Both the position numbers and the translations under genes were made by a program. The notes beneath the pieces were generated by a model. That model had not been told where the DNA came from and did not search any database. It saw only the letters and a list, made by a program, of their open reading frames with translations. Of a stretch of 63,184 bases of DNA, positions 18,067 to 26,621 are shown one piece after another. This DNA comes from Phycisphaerales bacterium. Its GTDB lineage: Bacteria > Planctomycetota > Phycisphaerae > Phycisphaerales > SM1A02. Location: the NCBI GenBank assembly GCA_030748155.1, contig JASMMN010000024.1:1-63184 (forward strand), given 5' to 3'. Numbering within the stretch: position 1 is the stretch's first letter; every line of letters starts with the position of its first letter.

Positions 18067-19223
18067 CCGTTTTCAACGAATGGGGAGGCGAACCCCTCGA
18101 CGAGATCATGTACCACTGCCGGGAACTCGTAGAGGACACGACGTTCCCCACCATCAAGCGGTGGCGTGAGCAGGGCGGAAAGACGCTCGGACACTTTCAA
18201 GTGTATTTCCCAGAGGAACTCGCACATGCGGCGGGCATGATGCCCGTCAAGATGTGCGGGACGATGCTCGAGCCGAACAACGCCGATTCTCATTTCGGAT
18301 CCTACCTCTGCTCGATCATCAAGACCTCGCTCGAAGCAGCCCTGTCAGGCGGCATTGAACTCGACATTTTCGTGTCGCACCCAATCTGTGACGCGGCCCG
18401 GAATCTCGCTGCAATCTTCGGTCGGAACTTCGACTATCCGTGTCAGATTCTCTACCTGCCGCAGAATCCAAACTCGGTGGCCTCGGCGGACTGGCTTTCT
18501 CAGGAATACGGTCGCATGCGTCGGTTGATCGAAGAAATCGTGGGCCACGAGGTGAGCGACGAGGCGATCTCTGTGTCAATCGAGGTGTTCAACGAGAACC
18601 GCCGGTTGATGCGGGAACTCTACGAGATCAAACGCGAGGCGCCTTGGCTTGTGACCGCCGACGAGGCATACGCCCTTGTCGCCATCGGCGGCGTGATTCC
18701 CCGAGAGGAGCACAACGATCTGCTTTCGTCTGTGCTTCCGATGCTTCGGGAGCGGGAGACGCGGCGAGAGGATCGTATTCGCGTGGTTTTTGAGGGCGCC
18801 TTCTGCGAGCAGCCGCCGCTCGACCTTGTACGGATGCTTGGTCGCACCTGCTATGTCGTCGATGACGACTTCTTGATCGGCATGCGGTATCTCCTCGAAG
18901 ATGTGCCGGTGACGGACAACCCACTGTTGTCCCTGTCAGAGGCGTACATCGAACAATCCAGTTACAGCCCGGTACAGCATGACAACCGCAAGCCCAAGGA
19001 GGACATGCTCCTGCAACGGATCAAGGAGTCGCGGGCAGACGCCGCCATCGTGGCGGCTGCCAAGATGTGCGAGCCGGGGCTTGAGGAGCAAGTCGCCTAT
19101 ATCCACATGCTCGATGACGAGAAAATCCCGTACTTCGTCAGTGAATTCGAAGAGAACATGAGTTCGTTCGATCAACTTGAACTCCAGATTGAGACATTCC
19201 TGGAGAACATCCTCTTTGCCTGA
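18063..19223 (+). CDS. Benzoyl-CoA reductase subunit C-like (BcrC/BadD/BzdN family, 386 aa)
   Basis: FPTIKRWREQGGKTLGHFQVYFPEELAHAAGMMPVKMCG and SHFGSYLCSIIKTSLE match the BcrC-type N-terminus. ATGA overlap with the upstream stop, with GGGGAG upstream. Confidence 0.8.
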   Translation: MTVFNEWGGEPLDEIMYHCRELVEDTTFPTIKRWREQGGKTLGHFQVYFPEELAHAAGMMPVKMCGTMLEPNNADSHFGSYLCSIIKTSLEAALSGGIELDIFVSHPICDAARNLAAIFGRNFDYPCQILYLPQNPNSVASADWLSQEYGRMRRLIEEIVGHEVSDEAISVSIEVFNENRRLMRELYEIKREAPWLVTADEAYALVAIGGVIPREEHNDLLSSVLPMLRERETRREDRIRVVFEGAFCEQPPLDLVRMLGRTCYVVDDDFLIGMRYLLEDVPVTDNPLLSLSEAYIEQSSYSPVQHDNRKPKEDMLLQRIKESRADAAIVAAAKMCEPGLEEQVAYIHMLDDEKIPYFVSEFEENMSSFDQLELQIETFLENILFA

Positions 19224-19242
19224 TGGCGGGAGCACCAATCAG

Positions 19243-20553
19243 ATGACTACCGAAACACCAAGCACATGCGACATTGTTGGACGCGGAAACCGTGACGGCG
19301 CGCAGTTGTTCCGAGACTGGTTCACAGAACTCGGCGAGACGGCGGAGAAAGGTGAACAGTCCGCCTATGTGTTCGTGATGGGCAGCATGAATGAAATCCT
19401 CAAGACCTTCGACTTGCCCGTCGTATTCCCCGAGATCAACTCGTTGCAGACGGCCGTTCGCCGTGTTGCAGGCGACTTTCTGAGTGAGGCCGAGGACTAC
19501 GGCTACTCCCCCGACATCTGCGGATACGTCAAAGCCGACGTGAGTGTGCAACTCCGTGGCGGTGAGCATCCCATGGGCCGTATTCCCAAGCCGAGCATCG
19601 CCGTACTGACCAACGCCTGCAACACCTACGTGAAGTGGGCCGAGATATGGGAGCGGATGCACGGGTGTCCGATGTTCACACTCGATGTACCTGGAACTCG
19701 ACAGGCGGGAACGCAGTCTTGGCCAGGCGATCAGGATTTCGAAAACGACAGGCGATACGTCCAGAAGCAGATATCGGAACTCATCACGCTGTGCGAACAG
19801 GTCACCGGCAAGAAGTTCGACATCGACAAGTTCCGGGAGATTCTCCGTCACGCCAACACCATGAGCGTCGGTTGGAGGCGGGTCATCGAGGCCAATAAGG
19901 CCCGGCCCGCACCCTTCAACGCGTTGACGGACGGCACGATCTTCCTTGGCGTGGCCAACGGCTTCCGTGGAACCAGGGAGGGTGCCGATTACTTCAACGA
20001 TCTGGTCGAGGAGATGGAGTACAAGGCCACCAACGGCATCGGCGCGCTTGCCGAGGAGATTTACCGGCTCGTCTTCATCGGCGTGCCGTGCTATCCGATC
20101 TTCCGGAGATTCAACGAACTCTTCAGTGAGTGGGGTGGTTCGTTCATCAACTCCACGTATCTGTGGTTCGCATCGGGCGGCACGAATCTCGGCTTTGAGT
20201 ACGACTTGGCGAAACCGCTTGAGAGCATGGCGGAGGGTACGCTCATCAATGTGCGCGACGCGATGGACAGCATGTTTCATCAGGATCGGATGCTCGTGGA
20301 CATGGTGGACGACTATGCGGTCGATGGCGTCGTCTACCACCCAATCAAGAGTTGCCGTACGGTCTCGACGGGCCTTGCGGACAGCCGGGGGTATTTTGCC
20401 GCGAAGAAGGACATCCCGAGCCTCTTTGTCGAGTCGGACATGATGGATTCGCGGGTGATTTCCGAAGCACAGATGAAGAACAGAGTCGACGCTTTCTTTG
20501 AGGGCCTGGCGTCGCGCAAACAGAAGGCCGCGATTGCGGGCAAGGAGAACTGA
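19243..20553 (+). CDS. Benzoyl-CoA reductase subunit B-like (BcrB/BadE/BzdO family, 436 aa)
   Basis: LPVVFPEINSLQTAV and EDYGYSPDICGYVKADV are typical of BcrB/BadE. ATG at 19243, 20 nt after the upstream stop. Confidence 0.8.
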   Translation: MTTETPSTCDIVGRGNRDGAQLFRDWFTELGETAEKGEQSAYVFVMGSMNEILKTFDLPVVFPEINSLQTAVRRVAGDFLSEAEDYGYSPDICGYVKADVSVQLRGGEHPMGRIPKPSIAVLTNACNTYVKWAEIWERMHGCPMFTLDVPGTRQAGTQSWPGDQDFENDRRYVQKQISELITLCEQVTGKKFDIDKFREILRHANTMSVGWRRVIEANKARPAPFNALTDGTIFLGVANGFRGTREGADYFNDLVEEMEYKATNGIGALAEEIYRLVFIGVPCYPIFRRFNELFSEWGGSFINSTYLWFASGGTNLGFEYDLAKPLESMAEGTLINVRDAMDSMFHQDRMLVDMVDDYAVDGVVYHPIKSCRTVSTGLADSRGYFAAKKDIPSLFVESDMMDSRVISEAQMKNRVDAFFEGLASRKQKAAIAGKEN

Positions 20554-20556
20554 TTC

Positions 20557-21375
20557 ATGGCCTACGCAGCAGGAGTGGATGTTGGATCGACGCAGACCAA
20601 GGCGGCCATTGTCGATGAAGATCGCAAGATTGTTGCTACGGCGCTGATCGATACCGGATCAAATGTGGTGGCCGCAGCCGAGAACGTCTTCGAAAAGGCG
20701 CTCAAGGAATCCGACATCGCCAACGAGGAGGTCGAGTATGTGATCGGCACGGGCTATGGACGGTATCGCGTGACGTTCGGCAACGATCAGGTGACGGAGA
20801 TCAGTTGTCACGGGCGCGGAGCGGTACACATGTTTCCCAATACCAGAACCGTCGTTGACATGGGCGGTCAAGACACCAAGGCCATCAGAATCGGTGAGAC
20901 GGGTGAGATCGAAGACTTCTGCATGAATGACAAGTGCGCCGCCGGCACCGGCCGATTTCTCGGCGCAGCCGCGGCGGCCTTGGATCTGACGCTTGACGAT
21001 CTTGGTCCTACCGCCCTTCGATATACGAAGCCTGTCAAGATCAGTACGACCTGCACGGTCTTTGCCGAGTCCGAAGTGTTGTCGTGGCTTGGCAAGGGCA
21101 AGAAGGTCGAGGACATCCTCTGGGGTGTGCATGAATCCATCGCCACGCGATCGGCGGGTCTCATGCGTCGAGTCGGTATTCAGGACGAGATCACTTTCAC
21201 CGGCGGCGTGACCCGAAACATCGCCATGGTCAAGGCACTCGAAGAGCGGCTCGGCAAGAAACTGAATATCAGCGACGATTCACATTACATGGGGGCGCTC
21301 GGGGCGGCGCTCTTCGCCATGGATCGCATCATTGCATCTCGGCAACCCCACGCCAGTGCGGAGGCAGCACAATGA
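20557..21375 (+). CDS. Benzoyl-CoA reductase ATPase subunit (BcrA/D, BadF/G, BzdP/Q family, 272 aa)
   Basis: Motifs [33 protein letters not shown] and CTVFAESE. Confidence 0.85.
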   Translation: MAYAAGVDVGSTQTKAAIVDEDRKIVATALIDTGSNVVAAAENVFEKALKESDIANEEVEYVIGTGYGRYRVTFGNDQVTEISCHGRGAVHMFPNTRTVVDMGGQDTKAIRIGETGEIEDFCMNDKCAAGTGRFLGAAAAALDLTLDDLGPTALRYTKPVKISTTCTVFAESEVLSWLGKGKKVEDILWGVHESIATRSAGLMRRVGIQDEITFTGGVTRNIAMVKALEERLGKKLNISDDSHYMGALGAALFAMDRIIASRQPHASAEAAQ

Positions 21376-22193
21376 GTATCACCATTGGAATCGACGTCGG
21401 TTCAACCTATACCAAGGCGATCGCCGTTGACGATCAGGGTTCTATCCTTTCCACTGACGTCCGCCACACCGGTTTCAAACTCGACAAGGTGTCAACCGAT
21501 GCCTGGCAGGCGTGCATCGAGAAGGCCGGGCTTGCACAGGATGACATCGACTACACCGTTTCCACCGGAATCGGACGGCATCGCTGTGTGGTCAAGGACA
21601 TCCATGTGACCGACTTGACAGCGAGCGCTCGTGGCGCAATCCGATTGTTCCCGGGCACCCGTACCGTTCTGGATGTAGGCGGCCAGACCATGAAGGCGAT
21701 TCGGATCGAGGAGGACGGCAAGGTGAAGTCCTTTCGACTCAACGACAAGTGCGCGGCCGGTACCGGGGCCTTCCTTGAGAAAACTGCCCGCTACATGGGA
21801 TATGGAACAAAGGAGATCGGCCCGCTGCTGAGTACCGCCAAGGATCCGGCGGAGATCTCAGGCGTGTGCGCAGTCTTCGCTGAGTCCGAGGTCATCAACC
21901 AGTTGTCACTTGGTACGCCTCCTGCGGACATCATGCAGGGCGCTATCGAGTCGCTGGTTGTTCGGTGCGTACAACTCATGAAGCGGGTGAAGGCCGAACC
22001 CGAATTCACGCTCATTGGTGGCATCATGCACTTCAGCACCGTTCCTGGAGAAGTGACGCGGCAACTCGACCATGAGGTCAATGTTCCGGAAGGCGAGATG
22101 TGCATGTTCACCACATCGCTCGGTGCCGCAATCCTCGGGCACCGCCGCCTCGCGAAACTCGCTGAAGAGGAAATGGCCGTTCCGGCTGGCTGA
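21372..22193 (+). CDS. Benzoyl-CoA reductase ATPase subunit, second copy (273 aa)
   Basis: Motifs [33 protein letters not shown] and [12 protein letters not shown] overlap with the upstream ATPase gene. Confidence 0.85.
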   Translation: MSITIGIDVGSTYTKAIAVDDQGSILSTDVRHTGFKLDKVSTDAWQACIEKAGLAQDDIDYTVSTGIGRHRCVVKDIHVTDLTASARGAIRLFPGTRTVLDVGGQTMKAIRIEEDGKVKSFRLNDKCAAGTGAFLEKTARYMGYGTKEIGPLLSTAKDPAEISGVCAVFAESEVINQLSLGTPPADIMQGAIESLVVRCVQLMKRVKAEPEFTLIGGIMHFSTVPGEVTRQLDHEVNVPEGEMCMFTTSLGAAILGHRRLAKLAEEEMAVPAG

Positions 22194-22465
22194 TGCGGGT
22201 TGACTTGACCATCGGCGGATGCGGCGAGGGCGGTGGAGACTCCTTTTCCATCAACGACGACCCCGCGCTGGTCGCTGACGGATGGGAACGCCGCCAACTG
22301 GTCGATCCCAACCGCGCCAAGGAAGCGACTGAGTTGTACGAATCACTCGGCTTCGAAGTGTTCGCCAAGACACTCGAAGACTCCGATTTCGGTGACGACT
22401 GCAAGACCTGCGCGGTGGCGGGGTGTCAAGGCTTTGTGATTATCTACACACGAAGAACTCGCTGA
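22193..22465 (+). CDS. Hypothetical 90-aa four-Cys protein translationally coupled to the reductase genes
   Basis: TGATG stop/start overlap at 22191-22195. Cys in GGCGEGG and DDCKTCAVAGCQG. I recognise no family. Confidence 0.5.
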   Translation: MRVDLTIGGCGEGGGDSFSINDDPALVADGWERRQLVDPNRAKEATELYESLGFEVFAKTLEDSDFGDDCKTCAVAGCQGFVIIYTRRTR

Positions 22466-22574
22466 GCGTTGCTCGTCTCCTCTTCTTCATGGAGAGGCAG
22501 GAAGGCATGCAATCAAGCGCGTCCAGATTTCTCTCTCCCCCCCGGGAGGAAAATGTCAGCGAAGCCGCGAACAA

Positions 22575-23756
22575 CTAGAACGCCGCGTGCCCGGTGAGTT
22601 CTCGACCGACGACCAGCTCGTGGACTGTCTCGGTTCCCTCGTAGGTAATCTCGCTCTCGAGGTTGAGCATGTGGCGAATCGGGCAAAACTCAACGCTGAT
22701 GCCGCTGGCACCGAGCATGTCCCGGGCGTCGCGGGCGATGTCGATGGCGAGCCGGGTGTTGTTCCACTTGGCCATCGAAACTTGGCTGTGGTGCACCGTG
22801 CCGGCATCCTTCATGCGGCCAAGCTGCAGAGCGAGCAGTTGCCCGGTCGTGATGCGACGGGCCATGTCCGCGAGCCGAAGCTGAATGGTCTGTGTGTGTG
22901 AGAGCGGACGGCCGAAGAGCTCTCGAACCTTGGTGTACTCCAAGACCTCCTTGAAGCAGGCTTGCGCGGCGCCGAGCACGCCCCACGCAATCCCGTATCG
23001 TGCCTGAGTGAGGCAACTCAATGGGCCACGAAGCCCGTGAATTTCTGGGAACATGTTCGCATTTGGCACGCGGACATCGTCGAAGAAGAGTTCACTGGTA
23101 ATGGACGCCCGTAGCGAGAACTTGTGTTCGATGTCTCGAGTGCGGTAGCCCGCCATGTCCTTCTCGACAAGGAAGCCGCGAATTCCTTCATCGGTTGCCG
23201 CCCAGACGACCGCGACATCGGCGATCGTTCCGTTGGTGATCCACATCTTGGACCCATTGAGAATCCAATCGTCTCCATCGCGTGTGGCGGTCGTCGTCAT
23301 GGCACCCGGGTCCGAGCCGCCGTTCGATTCGGTCAACCCGAAACAGCCAATGGCTTCACCCCGCGCCATCGCTGGCAACCACCGCTGCTTCTGTTCTTCG
23401 GTGCCGTAGGTGAAGATCGGATACATGCACAGGCTGCCCTGCACTGAGACGAAACTGCGAATGCCAGCATCACCACGCTCGAGTTCCTGATTGACCAGTC
23501 CATAGCAGACATGGCTCAACCCGCCACAGTCGTACCCGTCGATATTGCATCCGAGCAATCCCATTTCGGCAATCTCGGGGACGAGTTCTTTCGGGAAGCG
23601 ACCTTCTTCGAAGGCATCGGCCACCACGGGGATCACGCGATCATCAACAAAGCGAGCGACCGCGTCCTGAATGGCCTGTTCGTCTTCGTCGAGCAGGTGG
23701 TGAACGCAGAAGAAGTCCATGGCGCTGGGCGAGACGGCGGTTGCTGCGGTGGTCAT
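22575..23756 (-). CDS. gcdH: Glutaryl-CoA dehydrogenase
   Basis: Acyl-CoA dehydrogenase fold with GCDH-typical strings: YGLVNQELERGDAGIRSFVSVQGSL, GEAIGCFGLTESNGGSDPG, KMWITNG and C-terminal ELTGHAAF. Confidence 0.85.
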   Translation of the reverse strand: MTTAATAVSPSAMDFFCVHHLLDEDEQAIQDAVARFVDDRVIPVVADAFEEGRFPKELVPEIAEMGLLGCNIDGYDCGGLSHVCYGLVNQELERGDAGIRSFVSVQGSLCMYPIFTYGTEEQKQRWLPAMARGEAIGCFGLTESNGGSDPGAMTTTATRDGDDWILNGSKMWITNGTIADVAVVWAATDEGIRGFLVEKDMAGYRTRDIEHKFSLRASITSELFFDDVRVPNANMFPEIHGLRGPLSCLTQARYGIAWGVLGAAQACFKEVLEYTKVRELFGRPLSHTQTIQLRLADMARRITTGQLLALQLGRMKDAGTVHHSQVSMAKWNNTRLAIDIARDARDMLGASGISVEFCPIRHMLNLESEITYEGTETVHELVVGRELTGHAAF

Positions 23757-23872
23757 CGGGGGAATGCCTTGTGTGCGGAGTCTTCACGAATCAGGATATG
23801 CGTGTCATAATACAGTTCTCTGCTGCGGCGGTACGCTGTGTCAGCCCCGGTACTTGCAGGAGTGTTTCGAAG

Positions 23873-24811
23873 GTGAATGGTCAGTTTGCGCAAGTCTTGT
23901 CAAGAGCCGTCGCCATGCGGTCCGAAGGTGGCCCCATGCGAGCCTGTCTCGTGGTGGGGGCCCGCGGATCGACTCCCCAGCAAGCGGGTGCAATGATGCT
24001 CGTCGATCACTCAGGAACCACTTTCGGAACCATCGGCGGGGGCTGCGTCGAGGCCGAGTTGACCCGCCGGGCCATGGCAATGCTGCTCTCAGGCACGACT
24101 GGGGTCCACGACTTCACCCTTGACCACGACTATGGATGGGATGACGGATTGATCTGCGGGGGAACGCTCTTCGTTGCCATCGGCACCCTGCCAGAGACCG
24201 ATGAACTCAGCTCCATCGAACAGGCGGTTTGTGGTCGAGTGGATACCCGGCTTCCCGTCTTCGTGCGGATTGATAACGACCCGGCTCGCTACGACTTGCA
24301 CATCCCCCCGCAGCCTCGGCTGTTGATTGCAGGTGGCGGCCACATTGGGCAGGCGGTGGCGCGGCATGGTCTGCGGCTTGACTTCGAGACGACACTCTTT
24401 GATGATCGCGCCGACCTGCTCGAGAGTTTCGCGCCAGAAGGATGCCATCAGGCACCGGGTGAGATGGCGGAGATGCTCGCTACTGCGGACATCGACGCCG
24501 AGACGTTCTGCGTGATTGTCACACGAGGCCATCGGCACGACGCGCAGGCCCTGGCCGCCGTCATCGATCGCGGCGCCCGTTACGTCGGCATGATCGGCAG
24601 CAAGCGGAAGGTGCTGCTCGTTCGGCGGGAATTGCTGGATCGTGGTGTGAGCGAAGACGCCCTCGACGCAGTCAACGCCCCGATTGGCTTGGACATCGGT
24701 TCGGTGAGTGGCGAAGAAATCGCTCTCTCGATTGCAGCCGAACTCGTGCAGGTCCGCGAGCAGCGGGGGCGAGTCAGCGTGGATGGACCCCATCTGGATG
24801 TTTCTCGGTGA
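23873..24811 (+). CDS. XdhC/CoxI-family molybdoenzyme maturation protein
   Basis: ACLVVGARGSTPQQAGAMMLVDHSGTTFGTIGGGCVEAEL plus Rossmann-like LLIAGGGHIGQAV. GTG at 23873 with AGGAG 10 nt upstream. The start is uncertain because the ORF is open from 23741. Confidence 0.8.
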   Translation: MNGQFAQVLSRAVAMRSEGGPMRACLVVGARGSTPQQAGAMMLVDHSGTTFGTIGGGCVEAELTRRAMAMLLSGTTGVHDFTLDHDYGWDDGLICGGTLFVAIGTLPETDELSSIEQAVCGRVDTRLPVFVRIDNDPARYDLHIPPQPRLLIAGGGHIGQAVARHGLRLDFETTLFDDRADLLESFAPEGCHQAPGEMAEMLATADIDAETFCVIVTRGHRHDAQALAAVIDRGARYVGMIGSKRKVLLVRRELLDRGVSEDALDAVNAPIGLDIGSVSGEEIALSIAAELVQVREQRGRVSVDGPHLDVSR

Positions 24812-25440
24812 GTTCGCCTCGCCCAATCGGTCTTCTTCTGGCCGCCGGTCGAAGCAAACGTCTGGGCACACAGACCAAACAGTTGCTTCCGTGGCCCCCC
24901 GGTAGTGAGCGGACCATGATCGAAGCATCGTACGATCTGCTCGCGCCATTCTGCGCGGCGATGTTCGTCGTGCTTGATCACGACGCCGACGCCATCACCG
25001 CGGCGCTCGCTCCGCGGGTGTTTTCCATGGTGCACGGCGACGCCGATGCACCCATGTTCGATTCGATTCGACGTGGACTTCGGGCGATCGCAGCGGAGCA
25101 TACTGATTCTGTAGTGCTGCTTCATCCAGCCGATCTTCCCGCTGTGCAGCAGAATACGGTGCAACGCATGCTCGATGAGTCCAGCACAACCCCACATCAT
25201 GCTCTCGTGCCGCAGTGCGGTGATCGCGGTGGTCACCCCGTACTCATTCCCCCCGGGATGTGCGAGGAGATCCTCGGCCATGACGGCCGTGATGGACTTC
25301 GCGGTTACTGGAATTTGCACAGCGATCAACTTCGCCGAATCGAGGTCGATGACCCCGCCACAACCATGGATGTAGACACCATGGCGCTGTATAAGGCTTT
25401 GGGAGAGCGATGCCGGCCTCGGGGAAGAAATGACAGTTGA
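24808..25440 (+). CDS. MobA/MocA-like nucleotidyltransferase (molybdenum cofactor nucleotidylylation)
   Basis: N-terminal GLLLAAGRSKRLG motif. GTGA overlap with the XdhC-like gene. Confidence 0.75.
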   Translation: MSSPRPIGLLLAAGRSKRLGTQTKQLLPWPPGSERTMIEASYDLLAPFCAAMFVVLDHDADAITAALAPRVFSMVHGDADAPMFDSIRRGLRAIAAEHTDSVVLLHPADLPAVQQNTVQRMLDESSTTPHHALVPQCGDRGGHPVLIPPGMCEEILGHDGRDGLRGYWNLHSDQLRRIEVDDPATTMDVDTMALYKALGERCRPRGRNDS

Positions 25441-25675
25441 CCGGCCCCCTCCACCGAGAGGGTGCAGCGGAGAGCACTCCCTGTGGGTGCACGCATGGCT
25501 CGCCTTCCTTCGGATCCAGGACAGCGTCTCTTCGTTGTCCTGATGCAGAGGCGGTCATGGAGTCTCTGGGGGTCTCCAACAGCGGACCACGCATGCGTCG
25601 TGTCCAACTCACTGCAGGCAGGCACAATCGCTTGCCACTTGCACTGATGCTCGATCTCTTGGAGAACAATGCACC

Positions 25676-25783
25676 ATGACAGGACACCACAATGCCCCCG
25701 CCGCCGTCTTCGCCCCCTGGCTGCTCCGCATGCCCATGCTCCTCATCAGCGTTCTGTATTTCTTCGCATGGCGTGCGAAGTGA
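25676..25783 (+). CDS. Possible 35-aa single-TM peptide (MTGHHNAPAAVFAPWLLRMPMLLISVLYFFAWRAK)
   Basis: ATG at 25676 with GGAGA about 10 nt upstream, TGA at 25781. It overlaps, in another frame, the implausible Pro/Ser/Cys-rich N-terminal extension of track ORF 25692. Too short for the ORF track. Confidence 0.25.
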   Translation: MTGHHNAPAAVFAPWLLRMPMLLISVLYFFAWRAK

Positions 25784-25805
25784 TCCTCCTGCAGGAGATT
25801 TCCCG

Positions 25806-26621
25806 GTGGTTGTCCCGGGGGAGCGTTTGCCATACGGTGCGGTAGTGAAACGGCTATTTGACATCGTGGTGTCGGCGGTCGCGATGCTGCTGCTATCGCC
25901 GCTGTTTGTGCTGCTCAGCCTCCTGATCTTCTTGACCATGGGCCTGCCGATCCTGTTTGTTCAGGAGCGTCCCGGCCGCAGTGGCCGGGTCTTTCGGCTC
26001 ATGAAGTTCCGCACGATGCGGCTGGGAAGTGCATCAACAGTCGATCCTGAGACGGATTCGGGGCGGCTTACTCCACTTGGCAGCATCATGCGACTTGCGA
26101 GCCTCGATGAACTCCCCGAGTTGTGGAATGTGCTGCGTGGCGACATGAGTTTGGTCGGGCCGCGACCGCTCTTGGTCGAGTACTTGCCGCTCTACTCGAA
26201 GGAGCAGGTTCGCCGCCATGAGGTCCGCCCCGGTATTACTGGTTGGGCGCAGATCAATGGCCGCAACGCCAGGTTGCTGCACGACGCCGTCACGAGCGGC
26301 GGTAGTTTTCGATCGCCGTGGCCCAGCGAGCGGATCGATCATGCGTGGTATCGCTATCACTGCTTCGCCGAGAACCGCGAGGAACGCGATCGCATTCTCG
26401 AGCAGATGCATGAGGCGGGTGTGCCATGCTTTCAGGGACCGTGTCCAGAGATCTACCGCGAACAGGCGTTTGCCGATGCCGGCTTTGTCCCGGCGGATCG
26501 TCTGCCGGTTGCGAGGCACCTCGGAGAGACGAGTTTGCAGTTCCTGACGTACCACACGATCGACGAGGCCAGTATGCATCAGGCGGCTAATCGCGTGGCG
26601 GAAGTGCTGGAACGCGTGTGA
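25806..26621 (+). CDS. Bacterial sugar transferase (phosphoglycosyl transferase core) fused to a DegT/DnrJ/EryC1-aminotransferase C-terminal remnant
   Basis: KRLFDIVVS...FVQERPG..FRLMKFRTM..DELPELWNVLRGDMSLVGPRP..GITGWAQINGRNA switches abruptly to an aminotransferase-tail-like sequence (HAWYRYHCF..ILEQMHEAGVPC..LPVARHLGETSLQFL). GTG at 25806 with AGGAG 8 nt upstream. Confidence 0.7.
   Translation: MVVPGERLPYGAVVKRLFDIVVSAVAMLLLSPLFVLLSLLIFLTMGLPILFVQERPGRSGRVFRLMKFRTMRLGSASTVDPETDSGRLTPLGSIMRLASLDELPELWNVLRGDMSLVGPRPLLVEYLPLYSKEQVRRHEVRPGITGWAQINGRNARLLHDAVTSGGSFRSPWPSERIDHAWYRYHCFAENREERDRILEQMHEAGVPCFQGPCPEIYREQAFADAGFVPADRLPVARHLGETSLQFLTYHTIDEASMHQAANRVAEVLERV

Noticed and set aside
9927-20340. 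Antisense ORFs 9927..10904 (325 aa), 15445..16368 (307 aa) and 19138..20340 (400 aa)
   Set aside because: These are shadow frames opposite the ATPase, HACD-ECH and BcrB-like genes. They have low-complexity, Arg/His/Gly-rich translations.
22193-22465. Annotating the 90-aa protein as the reductase ferredoxin
   Set aside because: It has only four Cys and no CxxCxxCxxxCP motifs, so it is left as hypothetical.
22466-22574. Bidirectional terminator between the 90-aa ORF and gcdH
   Set aside because: Only short, imperfect stems (TCTCC...GGAGA; TCCC-CCCC-GGGA) are present, with no U-tract. This is too weak to call.
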